64,000 nt of DNA from Albugo candida (Eukaryota): positions 310,001-374,000 of the forward strand of contig JBDOQK010000034.1 in NCBI GenBank assembly GCA_040437565.1, read 5' to 3'. The position numbers and the translations under genes were made by a program. Of the stretch, positions 12,901 through 25,644 are shown one piece after another. How positions within the stretch are numbered: the first letter of the stretch is position 1; the number at the start of each line of letters is the position of its first letter. The notes beneath the pieces are model-generated. The model was not told where the DNA came from and did no database searches. It was given only the letters and a program-made list of their open reading frames with translations.

Positions 12901-15900
12901 ATCGGTGGTAGCTCAGCAGGTGCTGACAATTATGCAGGCGCTTGCATCGAAACAGACACAGCTGAGTTTATTAGGCACGTCGATTAAATGCAACCATAAC
13001 ATGGGAATCTTCATTACGATGAATCCTGGCTACGCTGGCCGTACTGAATTGCCAGATAATCTAAAAGCACTGATGCGACCGTGTGCAATGATGGTTCCCG
13101 ATTTGAACCTGATAGCTGAAGTCATGCTCCAGGCAGAAGGATTCCGTGATGCCCGTGTACTTGCCAAAAAAATCAACACACTATATGGTCTCATGACGCA
13201 ACAGCTTAGTAAACAAGACCATTACGACTTTGGACTCCGTAGTTTAAAAACCGTTTTATCTATGGCAGGTGCATTAAAACGATCGGAAACGCAAACTTTG
13301 GAAGAATGTATTATACTCAAGGCACTCCATGTCATGAATAGCCCGAAAATGATTCGAGAAGATAGCAGCATCTTTGCACTTCTACTAGCAGATTTGTTCC
13401 CTGGTGTAGAGATACCAAGCACAAGCTACAGAAGCCTCGAAGAAGCTGTCTGCCAGCAACTCAACGATCATTGTATGCAATTAGAGACATCCATCATACA
13501 AAAATCTATTCAGCTTTACGAATCACAATCAAGCCGACATTGTAATATGATTGTCGGGAAAACGATGGCCGGAAAGTCTACAATATGGAAAACTCTGCAA
13601 GGTGCCAAGACGAAATTAGCGAAAGATGGAAACACTGCTTTTATACCCGTTCGTGTGCAAGTTCTTAATCCAAAGTCTATCACGCTGAATGAATTGTACG
13701 GTGTGTATGACCTCTCAACCTCTGAATGGATAGATGGTATACTATCTGCTATCTTTCGAGCGGCANNNNNNNNNNNNNNNNNNNNNNNNNNNNNNNNNNN
13801 NNNNNNNNNNNNNNNNNNNNNNNNNNNNNNNNNNNNNNNNNNNNNNNNNNNNNNNNNNNNNNNNNTCTCATGACGCAACAGCTTAGTAAACAAGACCATT
13901 ACGACTTTGGACTCCGTAGTTTAAAAACCGTTTTATCTATGGCAGGTGCATTAAAACGATCGGAAACGCAAACTTTGGAAGAATGTATTATACTCAAGGC
14001 ACTCCATGTCATGAATAGCCCGAAAATGATTCGAGAAGATAGCAGCATCTTTGCACTTCTACTAGCAGATTTGTTCCCTGGTGTAGAGATACCAAGCACA
14101 AGCTACAGAAGCCTCGAAGAAGCTGTCTGCCAGCAACTCAACGATCATTGTATGCAATTAGAGACATCCATCATACAAAAATCTATTCAGCTTTACGAAT
14201 CACAATCAAGCCGACATTGTAATATGATTGTCGGGAAAACGATGGCCGGAAAGTCTACAATATGGAAAACTCTGCAAGGTGCCAAGACGAAATTAGCGAA
14301 AGATGGAAACACTGCTTTTATACCCGTTCGTGTGCAAGTTCTTAATCCAAAGTCTATCACGCTGAATGAATTGTACGGTGTGTATGACCTCTCAACCTCT
14401 GAATGGATAGATGGTATACTATCTGCTATCTTTCGAGCGGCAGCCGCCGATACCAAAATGGAAGAGAATTGGATTGTGCTGGACGGCCCCGTGGATACCT
14501 TATGGATTGAAAGCATGAATTCAGTCATGGATGACAATAAAGTACTGACACTGATCAACGGAGAAAGAATTAGCATGAACTCAACCATGGCACTTTTGTT
14601 CGAAGTAGAGAATCTTGCGGTCGCGTCACCAGCTACTGTTTCCAGAGCAGGAATGATTTATATGGATGCAAACGACCTGGGATGGCGTCCGTACGTTAAA
14701 TCATGGCTGCAAAATTCAATCAAAGGCCAAGACGAACGCGGTATATTATCTCAGCTATTTGAGAAATATATGGACAGAATTCTCCATTGCAAAGCTCATA
14801 TGGTCAGTGAAGCGGTCAATACAACGGTCTTAAGCAGCATAAAATCCTTTTGTAACTTGTATTGCGCGTTCACTTGTGGCGATACTGAAGCTGACAAAGC
14901 AAGTTTGGAGGAAAAGAACCCACTGCTGATAGAAAAGTGTTTTTTGTTCTGTCTGACATGGAGTGTCATGGCTGCAGCGAATGAAGAAGGCAGGAAAAGA
15001 CTGGATCTATGCTTACGTGACATCGATACAGTCTATCCTCCACTCAAGACTGCATACGATTTCTACGTCGACATGCAAGTTTGCGAGTTTAGACTGTGGG
15101 ATGAAAAATTATCGCCAAATTTTCGGATTGCTCCTACAGCAAATCCATCCCAAATAATTGTTCCTACAGTTGATACATTACGTAACGGCTTCTTATTGCA
15201 GACTCTACTCAATGCCGGAATCAATTTTCTTATTATTGGAAAGACTGGCGTGGGCAAATCTACAATCATGCAGCAAGAAATCTCTGGACTCGACGAGTCT
15301 ATTTTCCAGTGCTTGGTCATACACTTCTCCTCAGCCACATCGTCTGAAAAAACGCAGTCTTCTGTCGAAGGCGCAATGGAAAAGCGATCGTTGAATAGAT
15401 ACGGACCTTTGAATGGAAAGAAATTGGTCACTTTTGTCGACGATTTAAATATGCCCAAGAAGGATGAGTTTGGCGCACAGCCTCCTTTGGAATTGTTGCG
15501 TCACTGGATGGACTATGGCAGCTGGTATGATAGGAAAAAGCAGACACTTAAGCATCTTGTCGATATGCAGCTTGCAGCTGCAATGGGACCACCTGGTGGA
15601 GGACGCTCTGCGATTTGTTCACGCTTTCAGTCACGATTTCATATCATCAACATCACATTCCCAGAACAAACCCAGCTCAGAAGAATTTTTGAGACTATGT
15701 TGTCATCTAAACTGGCAGAGTTCGACGAAGAAGTACGACCACTATGCGCTCCGATTGTAACTGCAACAATCTCGTTGTATCAAAGTGTTGTGGACTTGTT
15801 TCATCCCACACCGACCAATTGCCATTATGTGTTCAATCTTCGAGATATGGTCAAGGTTATCCAAGGTCTTATGTCAGCGAAGAAACATGATATTGCTGGG

Positions 15901-18900
15901 CGGGATGGAATGGTTCGCTTATGGATGCATGAGTCACTTCGAGTGTTTAACGACCGGCTGACAGATGCAGAGGGTCGGAAAATGTACAAGCGAAAGCTGG
16001 ATGAACTACTGGCTGCTCACTTTCAAACTGATTGGAGTCGAGTTGTATCTTCCCTTCCGGAGAAGTGCAAGGAGCATGGACCATTATTTACTTATTTTCC
16101 GATTGCAGGTGCTACCACGCGACCAGTAGAGGTTCACACAAATGACAAAGAGCTTCACTACACAGAAGTTATGGATCTCAAACATCTGAAGCGATTTGTC
16201 GAGTATCAATTGGAGAATCATAATGCCGAACCCGGGATACTACCAATGAATCTGGTCATGTTTGGTGATGCTTTGCTGCACATTCTACGCATCCATCGTG
16301 TACTTTTGAATCCACGTGGAAATCTTCTCCTCGTTGGTGTTGGCGGTAGTGGTCGCCAGTCCTTGACCCGATTAGCAGCTTTTATTGCAGGATACAAAGT
16401 GTATCAAATTGAGGTACTCAAGAATTACCACATGGCAGAATTCTATCAGGACATGAAAAGTCTATTTGAGCAGACTGGAATTCATGAACAGATGACTGTA
16501 TTTCTGTTCAATGATACTCAAGTAAAGCATGAGTCGTTTCTAGCGGATCTTAATAATATGCTCAGCAGCGGAGAAGTCCCAGGTCTTTACGAAAAAGAAG
16601 AACAAGCAGCAATCATAGAGGCTGTACGCGGCAGGGCTCGGGCGTGTGGAATCAAGGAGGACAAAGAGAACTTATGGAATTATTTCATCAACACCGTTCG
16701 AGCGAATTTACACCTTGTGCTTACGTTCAGTCCAATCGGTCGAAGCTTTCGTGATCGATGCCGTCAATTTCCATCTCTTGTGAATAATACGACAATCGAT
16801 TGGTTTGACGAGTGGCCTGTAGATGCGTTACAAGAAGTTGCTATGAAATATCTCGAGGAGAAGAATGCTGTGACAGACGAACAAAGGATCAAGATCTCCT
16901 CGGTTTTCGCCGTCGTGCATAGCAGCGTTGCATTGGCGTCACAGCAACTCTACCATACCATGAAAAGACACAATTATGTCACGCCGACGAATTATCTTGC
17001 GCTTGTGACGGGCTACTTGGAGCTGTACAGAGAAAAGCAGCAAGCAATACTACAATCACGTGATACACTGTACAGGGGACTGACAAAGCTAGAAGAATCT
17101 CGTTGTGAGCTCGAGGAGATGTCCAAGCAGCTTGAGAGCCGGAAGATTGTGGTAGCTCAAAAGAACAAAGACTGTAGTGATTTATTGGTGATCATCGTTT
17201 CGGAAAGAAGAGTAGCTGATGAGCAGCGAAAACAAGTCGAAGCTGATAGTGAACGTATAAGCAACGAAAATGTCGAAACGCTTGGAATCGCAGATGAAGC
17301 ACAAAGAGACCTTGATGAAGCCTTACCAGTACTGCAAAAGGCACTACTGGAAGTAGAGAATCTCGATAAGAAAGCTATCGCCGAAGTAAAGGTATATTCC
17401 CAGCCCCCAGAATCAGTCTCAATGGTCATGTGTGCTGTCATGATACTGTTTGGGCTCCAACCCACTTGGACCCAAGCGAAAACAAAGATGAACGACGTCA
17501 ATTTTTTACAACAGATCAAAACATTTGATAAAGATGGGATCAAAGACAAGACGGTGATTGCCTTAAAAAAGTACACAACAAAGCCAACTTTCCAACCCGA
17601 CATTATCCGTAAAGTGAGTGCAGCAGCCGGAGCGTTGTGCTCGTGGGTATTGGCGATGGAAAGCTATGCAAGTGTATATCGTGTGGTTGCACCTAAAAGG
17701 GAAGCTTTGAAAAAATCGCAGAATGCCTTATCCATCAAGCAGAATGATCTGGAATTGGCAAAAAACAAACTGGACGAAGTCACTTTGGCAGTTGACAATC
17801 TCAAACGGCAATACGATGCAAGTGTGGCGGAAAAGAATGCGCTTCGCGAAGAAGCAGATTTGCTAGAATTGAAACTTACTCGTGCTGAACAACTCGTGAA
17901 AGGTTTGGCAGGTGAACATGAGCGATGGAAAGTCTCAATTGCTGAAAAAAACGAGAATCTGGTCAATGTACTTGGGGATGCATTAGTAGCAGCGGCTTTT
18001 ATTTCTTACGCTGGACCGCTCGATTCTTATTTCCGATCATCTCTGCTCGATACATGGATGAATCGAGTTACACAGCAAGCGTTACCAATTTCTCCTAAAT
18101 TCTCATTCATCGACTTTCTAGCGGATCCAGTAGATGTGAGAGCTTGGAATTCATTCGGTTTACCGACGGATTCACTTTCTACAGAAAATGGTGTTATCGC
18201 AACAAGAAGTAAGCGGTGGCCCCTTATGATAGATCCACAAGGGCAAGCTAACAAATGGATTAAAGCAATGGAAGGTTCAGCGTTGAAAGTGGTCGATCCT
18301 AGCATGAAGGACTGTTTACGCAATCTGGAAAATGGGATTCAGTTTGGGCATCCTGTTCTGATGCAAGACATTTCAGAGGATTTGGATCCCAGTTTAGAGC
18401 CTGTTCTGAGCAAGAGTATAATCCGAATCGGGCAACGTGAAATTATTCGATTAGGCGATAAGGAACTGGATTATAATCGCCAATTTCGATTCTACTTGAC
18501 GACCAGAATGCAGAATCCTCACTATAGACCTGAGATATCCACGAAAACTACAATTATCAATTTTGTGGTGAAGGAACAAGGTCTAGAAGCCCAACTTCTT
18601 GGAATAACGGTTCAATTGGAGGAGCCGGCTCTCGAAGAACAGAAATCAGATCTGGTTGTGCGCGTAGCGGTAGCAAAGAAAAAATTGTTTGATCTCGAGA
18701 ACGAAATTCTACGGCTACTTTCTGCAGCAAAAGGATCGTTATTGGATGATGAAACAATGGTGAATACGCTCAATGCCTCCAAAGTGACATCAGAGGAAGT
18801 CACTTCACGCTTACTTGTGAGCCAAGCCATGGAGGAAAAGATCGATGAAGCGAGAATGGGATATAAGGATGTCGCCATTCGATCTTCTACAGTCTACTTT

Positions 18901-21583
18901 GTTCTAAATGATTTGACCAGAATCGATCCAATGTACCAATTCTCCCTGGATTATTATATCGATCGATTCAAAGACTCAATCGTAAGCTCTAGGACTCTCA
19001 AGAATCAAGCATCTCTGACGGATGAGTTACCACAACGGGTCGACGCCATCAATGATTATCACACATATGCAATCTATTGCTCTACGTGTCGTGGCTTATT
19101 TGAAAGACACAAACTAGTATTTTCTTTGCTGCTATGCGTTCGTATCTTGAAAAAACTGAACAAAATCTCAGCCCAAGAATACGACTTTTTACTGAAAGGA
19201 ACATTTTTCAGTGCAACAACTCAGGCAGGTGATAATGGCGGAAGTTCAAAACTCATCGCTAAAGTTGCTCACGAAGAGAGGATCATAAATACTGCTGGTG
19301 ATTATTTAGATGACTCCATTTGGAAGAGCCTAGTGGATTTGAGCCACTTACCGCGCTTTCATGGATTGATTTCATCATTTGAACAGAACAATAAAGCTTG
19401 GAAAGCGTGGTACCAAAGCAATTCTCCCGAGGTGGAACCACTGCCGGCAGACTGGGAAGGAAAATGCAACGATCTACAAAAGATGCTATTATTGCGGTGT
19501 ATGCGATATGATCGCCTGAGTATTCAAGCTACCCGTTTTGTAGCTAATCATTTAGGGCCTCGTTTTGTTGAACCTCCATCTTTTGACTTGAAAAGCATAT
19601 ATGCAAGCTCGACTTACAGAACACCGCTGATATTCATTTTGTCCCCTGGTATCGATCCGACGAACGCTCTTATGGCGTTGGCGGATTCCATGATGCAGAA
19701 GGTGGAAAACTGCGCGCTCGGTCAGNNNNNNNNNNNNNNNNNNNNNNNNNNNNNNNNNNNNNNNNNNNNNNNNNNNNNNNNNNNNNNNNNNNNNNNNNNN
19801 NNNNNNNNNNNNNNNNNNNNNNNNNACGAACGCTCTTATGGCGTTGGCGGATTCCATGATGCAGAAGGTGGAAAACTGCGCGCTCGGTCAGGGTCAGGCT
19901 GATATTGCTGATGGTATGCTTCGACGAGGCATCGAAACGGGGTGCTGGGTGTTTTTAGCAAATTGCCACCTCATGCTCAGTTGGGCATCCACTCTTGAAA
20001 AGTGGATTGAATCTAATTGTAACGTCAGTAGTCCGAATACTGGCATTGCCGTCAATACAAATTTCCGGTTGTGGCTTAGTAGTGACCCTACTCCAAAGTT
20101 TCCGATGGCGATTTTACAATGCGGAATCAAAATGACAACCGAACCCCCACACGGAATTAGAGCCAACTTGTTGCGGCTTTACAACACAATTAGTGTGGCC
20201 AAATTCAATAGATGCCATCAACAGAAAAAGTATAAACGCCTTCTGTTTTGCCTTTGCTGGTTCCATTCTCTTCTACTTGAGCGACGTAAATTCAAGAATC
20301 TTGGTTGGAACATTCCCTACGACTTCAATGAGTCCGATTTCCTTATAAGTGAGGATGTGTTGGCTATCTACCTCACTGAATATGACGAAACGCCATGGGA
20401 TGCGTTAAAGTATTTGATTGCACAAGTCAATTATGGAGGTCGCGTCACGGACGACTGGGATCGACGACTTATGCTTGTCTATATATCCCAGCTATTTACC
20501 GATGACGTTATGAGCATCGATAATGTACAATTATCTGAATCGGAACATTACTATGTTCCGAACGACGGAGACTTGTCCTCGTATACCGAATTCGTGAAAC
20601 AATTACCGCTTAGAGATGTACCGGCCGCTTTCGGACAACATGCGAATGCTCAAATCGCATCGCAGATTGAGGAAGGACGAGAATTGCTCTCCACAATATT
20701 ATCCCTGCAAATGAGTGAGATGAGCGACAACACACAGGGAAATGATGAAAAGGTTTTGAACGGTATCCAAACTCTACGCAAAGCCGTCCCCGAAATTTTT
20801 AATGTTGATAATGTGAGAATGAACTTGCAAGTCCGTGACGACCCTGACGCACTCAAGACTGTTCTACTACAAGAACTGGATCGATATAATAAACTGCTTC
20901 AATGTATTCACACTTTCTTAGACGCTTTGGAGCGAGGAATCGAAGGTGCTGTAGTCATAACACCGGAACTTGAAAATGTTTATAGTGCAATTCTGCTCAA
21001 CAAAGTTCCGAAAGCTTGGAGTTTCTGTTATCCTTCCTCGAAGCCATTGGCTTCTTGGACCCAGGAGTTGCAGATGCGATGTGAACAACTTTGTAAATGG
21101 GCAAATGTCGGACTTCCAACTGTATTCTGGCTGACAGGGTTCACATACCCAACGCAGTTTCTAACAGCCTTGCTTCAAATAACTGCCCGAAAAAATGGAA
21201 TTTCTATTGACGCCCTAAACTGGGAATTCCTCATTATCAATCAGAGTGAAAGTGCATTGATAACACCGCCGGCGGATGGAGCTTATGTGAAAGGGTTGAT
21301 CCTTGAGGGAGCCCGATGGGACTTTGACCACGACACATTGACAGAACCTTATCCTATGGAGCTACATTGCCAAATGCCGATTATACATTTCAGGCCCGTA
21401 GAGACGAAGAAGAAGTCTACGAAAGGATACTATAATTGCCCTTTGTACATTTACCCAATAAGGGCAGAAACTCGCGAGAGACCCTCATTCATTATCGCAC
21501 TGGATCTCAAATGCGGTCCCGGTAGAACCCCTGATCTCTGGACGAAAAGAGGAACAGCTTTATTGCTGTCTATGGGCACGTAA
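6926..21583 (+). CDS. DNAH2: Axonemal inner-arm dynein heavy chain, I1/f beta (DNAH2/DHC10-like); one intronless ORF of ~4604 aa broken only by two assembly gaps
   Basis: Long N-terminal tail (LESTVIHWTRQIK, FPRFYFLSNDDLLEILG). P-loops GPAGTGKT, GKTMAGKS, GKTGVGKS and GVGGSGRQS; stalk; C-terminal WTKRGTALLL. Removing 677 nt (gap plus 577-nt overlap) and 166 nt (gap plus 66-nt overlap) puts all three ORF pieces in one frame of 13815 nt. The subclass is assigned from recalled AAA1 sequence. Confidence 0.93.
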
Positions 21584-21722
21584 CATCGCTCGTATGATAG
21601 TTTGCATTCCAGAATATTCGGAGCCAAAATGACCAATCAATAATGCAAATAAGCACACCCAATACCACTGTTTATTCATCTTAACATAGCGGGAATCGAC
21701 TGCGTGTAATCAGACAAGTAGA

Positions 21723-22918
21723 ATGACACATCCTGAAGTGATGAATGCAACAAAATCGTGCAATGAGCTCTCATCGAACATAATTTCGTCCCCGAAAAAG
21801 CGAGTTGATGCCAATGACTACTCACGATTCGATAATATCGATATTTCGGATTCTGAAACAGAAGAAGAGAAGCCATCAAAAGAGGAAAGTAAATGCCGTA
21901 GTTGTTATAAGTACGGTGCCAAAATGAAATGCTCAGTATGCAAGAAAGCATCTTATTGTAATCGAAAATGTCAAACAAGCGACTGGACATTTCACAAAAG
22001 AACTTGCAAAAAACCAACGCCACCGAACAAGGACTCGGGAAAGCCGGGAGATTCTTCCCCAGCCACAGGATCATCGAAAATCAAGACCAAGTCTAGTGCG
22101 CCAACCACCCAATATCGGGAAAAGGCAGACGGCAGTGCACTACCAGACATCGTGATCGATGAATCCGATCTTGATGACGTGAAGGGCTATAAAAACGGCT
22201 TGCCATATTTTCATCGCGAGTTGAGCGCTGAAGATCAAAAGCTTATTGGAGACACAGCACCAAAAAGATTGCCAGTTGTCTTGGTGTGTTTTTGACGTGG
22301 TTTCTAGTCGTGTGATAATCTAAATCTTTCATTTGTAGGGAAGAGATCAATCAAATCACGAAGGATCTGCTTGGAACGCTGCGGGTACATTTGAGGAGCG
22401 TAATTTCATGCAGTGGGCACGGGTACTCGACCTCTCGAGGCTACGCACTGGTCTCTTTTCTACTAACGGCTTCCAATTCCATGTAGCAAAAGCTTTCAGA
22501 TATATTATCTTCAGTGAAGTTTTCGGAGGGAACCATCTATGGATCAGTTGCAGCGCCGCTCCATCTGACAGGAGATGCTAGCATTTGTGTTATTCGTGGC
22601 AGAAAGCGCTATCTGTTCGATTTCTCATTTGAGCTTCCTTTTGTAATCACGATCGAAGATGTTCACACATACAAAGGAAGTTACACAATGCATGATATTA
22701 GCAACGATGATGATTATGAGGTACGATGTCATTGTCAAGAAAACACTGAACTCTTTATTCATCCCTTCGATTAGATCTCATATCGATTCGATCAAAATCT
22801 TTCAGATGCAGCAGTCTCGAGCGCTATTGAGACATTTGTTGGAGACCGCCATAGTGGATTACAACAACAAGTTTTGCGTGCTATCGGGAACTTTGTGGTT
22901 GAGTTTGAAAAACAGTAA
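21723..22918 (+). CDS. zf-MYND plus Aha1 N-terminal-domain protein (putative Hsp90 co-chaperone), 4 exons
   Basis: Exon 1 has DYSRFDNIDISDSE, then the MYND finger CRSC...CSVC....YCNRKCQTSDWTFHKRTC. Exon 2 has EGSAWNAAGTFEERNFMQWAR. Exon 3 has GDASICVIRGRKRYLFDFSFEL. Exon 4 ends ...VEFEKQ* at 22918. All introns are GT-AG, phase 0. Confidence 0.85.
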
Positions 22919-24429
22919 TTCGATAATGTCATATGTGCTGGTTGATGTAGTGTAGTCTTTTGTTTATCGCTATAGTGTGATCAAAGCACATACTCGACGT
23001 GTTTTCTCCATTGCACGTTCCATATATTTCTGACAAAATGACTCTGTCACTGAATCAGTTTGACTGAGTAATTGTTCGCAGTTGTGTAAAGTAGACTCGG
23101 ATAGAATTTCTGAACGCTCTCTGGCAACTAGATGCATACCACATTCCTTCCACGCGCAGTCTCAAATCATTAGTGAAGCAGATCTGAAAAATGATCTCAA
23201 ACGGTGTTGGGCGGTTTGACACGTCATTTCGTGATGATTCCGTTTTTTCAGAACAGCAACCAGCAATTGTGCTTCTTGCTACGCAATGTGCGCAAAATTT
23301 GACTTGCGGTGAAGCAGAAGAGGACAAGCTCACCTATGTCAAGAGCTATCATAAGCGACAGATGTAAGATACGCCGGGCTTGATTGATGGACATGCTGGT
23401 TACCTACCCAGCCATGCTGACAAACCTACATATCACGATATTAACTTGAGTTGCAATGAGTGGAATGCAATATGAAAGCAGCACAGCGACCATTATGAAC
23501 AGACTGGACACTACTTCTCCCCGATGATTGTTGTCACTGTTGGAAGATGTTTACATAAAGGCAACCCTGATGAGAGATCTAAAGCAAAATCATTGCTCGA
23601 GAGATCTCCGAGCCTTGGCCAGCAAAGATCTTCATCTTCCAAATTTTGACTCTCAATCACCCCCAAAATCAAAATCTGGTCTCTTACACGTGTTCAATGC
23701 TTGACTTGTTGGGGTAATTGTGCTCATGTGTATCTCTGTCACATTTTTTAGGCAGATTATTTGTCTATATATGTCTGAGCTCGTTATTTCGACATCACTC
23801 AAGCTAGCTGTCGTTGCATATTCAGTTTCGTATAGACATGATTGTTTCGATGATCGCCTTAGCCGATTTCTCCCTCTCAAACGATTTTCACACTGGGTCT
23901 ACTGCGATTAAGGCTCGGTTGCCTGAAGTTGGTATTAACATTGCTTTCTCGTCAGCCGAATCCAAGCAGTCATTAACTTTTATGACAGCAGTAATGTCGC
24001 ATCTCTCTGCAGCAAACTGAAAAGCTCTTTGTACTATCCTTTTTGGTACTCTGATTAAATTTATTGATTAATAACAGAAACATTGACATAGGTTTTTGTG
24101 ATGTGTGATTATGACTACTTTTTTATTTGGGTAGCGATTTAAATGACATTTCGGATGCCTCAAAGACAAAGCAGATAGAAGAAAATTTTACATTACGATG
24201 TAGGGGTGACGCCCGCCGATGGGATTTACCTACATGTCTACCGCTGGTAGTTCTTTCTTCCGCCGATTCAAGAACATAAGGATCAGTACTTCTAAGGCAC
24301 ACGACGTACACGAAACAAAATCAACGCATGAATTCCGATTGCATATGACTGACGACGATAGAATAATATAAAACCCGGATTTACATACGCATTATGGTCT
24401 TGTTTTCACCACCTCGCGCAGAATCTTGC

Positions 24430-25230
24430 TTACATCCACCTCTGTTAGGCAGTCATGATCGGATTGTATATGGTCCAAATTATAATCAACCGCTCCAACT
24501 AGGCTACGTTCGTGATCGTGTTTGCCGCCATCTCGGACAGACCTCAAGCTGAAACGGACGAGTTTACGACACTTAGAACGCACCATACAGCCATTTTTCG
24601 AAACAAGTTCTACTTCAATTTTCGCGACTTCAATGCTCAATTCGAACGCAGCTCAGCATAAACCTTCTTGGTCGGGCTGCACTATCGAGGCTATCGCAAC
24701 TATAATAGACCTTGACTCTACGAAGTCTGCAGCGCTGATCCTCTACACATGGTCAACACGACATATAAGAAGCATGCGTGGAAAATGACGGCGTGCCAAG
24801 GCACTCGAAAGGCACAGCCTATATCAGTCAGATAGACTACATTATCTGACCCTTCGGTATAGATTATTGTTCTAGGATGCTTGCTCGCATCCTGGCACAT
24901 GTGTGGACAACGATCACAGACTAGTATCCGCTTCCCTTCGAAGTCCTGTCGTCTATAAAATTCTATGCAAAAGTGCATTCCCGCAACACGACGAGGCTGA
25001 AAACTGGCCTCTCTTTTTGGAGGACGACGACATGTGCAACATCTTTCCAAGATCACATCGCTGCAAAGCTTTCGACACTCATCGACAACATACAGCTGCG
25101 CGCGTATACTTAATCAGATCACCACAGCAGGCAGCGAAATCCTCGGGCCTCGATCCCAAGCTCTCACCGAGCCATATATTATGCGGATATGGCTCGCTTC
25201 TCGCATGCGGAAAAACAACTTTGCCCTCTT
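24430..25230 (+). mobile_element. Decayed RTE-like non-LTR retrotransposon, APE endonuclease part
   Basis: Eroded motifs in the expected order: FAA..PQAETDEF, (R)DFNAQ, RGYRNYN, LHMVNT, QIDYII and HPGTCVDNDHRLVSA, with stops and frameshifts. Confidence 0.7.
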
Positions 25231-25276
25231 TTCATCAAATTGGGACTATAGCGAAGTTTCACAGTAAAACTCTGTT

Positions 25277-25644
25277 GGGGGGTCCGTACCCAGTTCAGTC
25301 AGTTAAGCACTTGAGCGCACGGACCCCCTGCCGGAGGTCGTTACTTCGATCCCCGGCAGTGTGGGCAGCGGTTTGAGCCCACCCAAGCAATAAGCTTGGA
25401 AAATATCTGCNNNNNNNNNNNNNNNNNNNNNNNNNNNNNNNNNNNNNNNNNNNNNNNNNNNNNNNNNNNNNNNNNNNNNNNNNNNNNNNNNNNNNNNNNN
25501 NNNNNNNNNNAATAAGCTTGGAAAATATCTGCCTCCCTAGGTTTGAAGTCAGACTTAAGTGATATTCACACGGTCAGGGGCTCATGATAGGATAAGGAAG
25601 GTAGTTAAAGAACCAGATAAACAGTGTAATGGAATCCTTGAAAA
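25277..25644 (+). mobile_element. tRNA-derived SINE, ~245 bp after removing the gap and a 22-bp overlap
   Basis: A-box-like AGTTCAGTCAGTTAAGCAC and B-box-like GAGGTCGTTACTTCGATCCCCGG. Short A tail. Flanking direct repeat AGTAAA(A/G)CTCTGTTGG at 25263-25278 and 25645-25660 (14-16 bp; the GG is ambiguous). Confidence 0.75.

Noticed and set aside
13189..19891. Frameshifts, programmed recoding, or three separate dynein genes
   Set aside because: The frame changes equal gap plus overlap lengths (677 and 166 nt), so they are assembly artefacts.
7555..21636. Many short antisense or out-of-frame ORFs within the dynein and other genes
   Set aside because: Shadow ORFs of real coding sequence with no independent motifs.
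23055..23333. CCG effector from ORF with CAHCVARSTIAG
   Set aside because: Spacing does not fit CxxCxxxxxG, the start is not ATG, and there is no signal peptide.
25279..25350. Functional tRNA or spliceosomal snRNA gene
   Set aside because: No acceptor stem or 7-nt anticodon loop can be formed and no snRNA signature was recognised. The TSD indicates a retroposed SINE.
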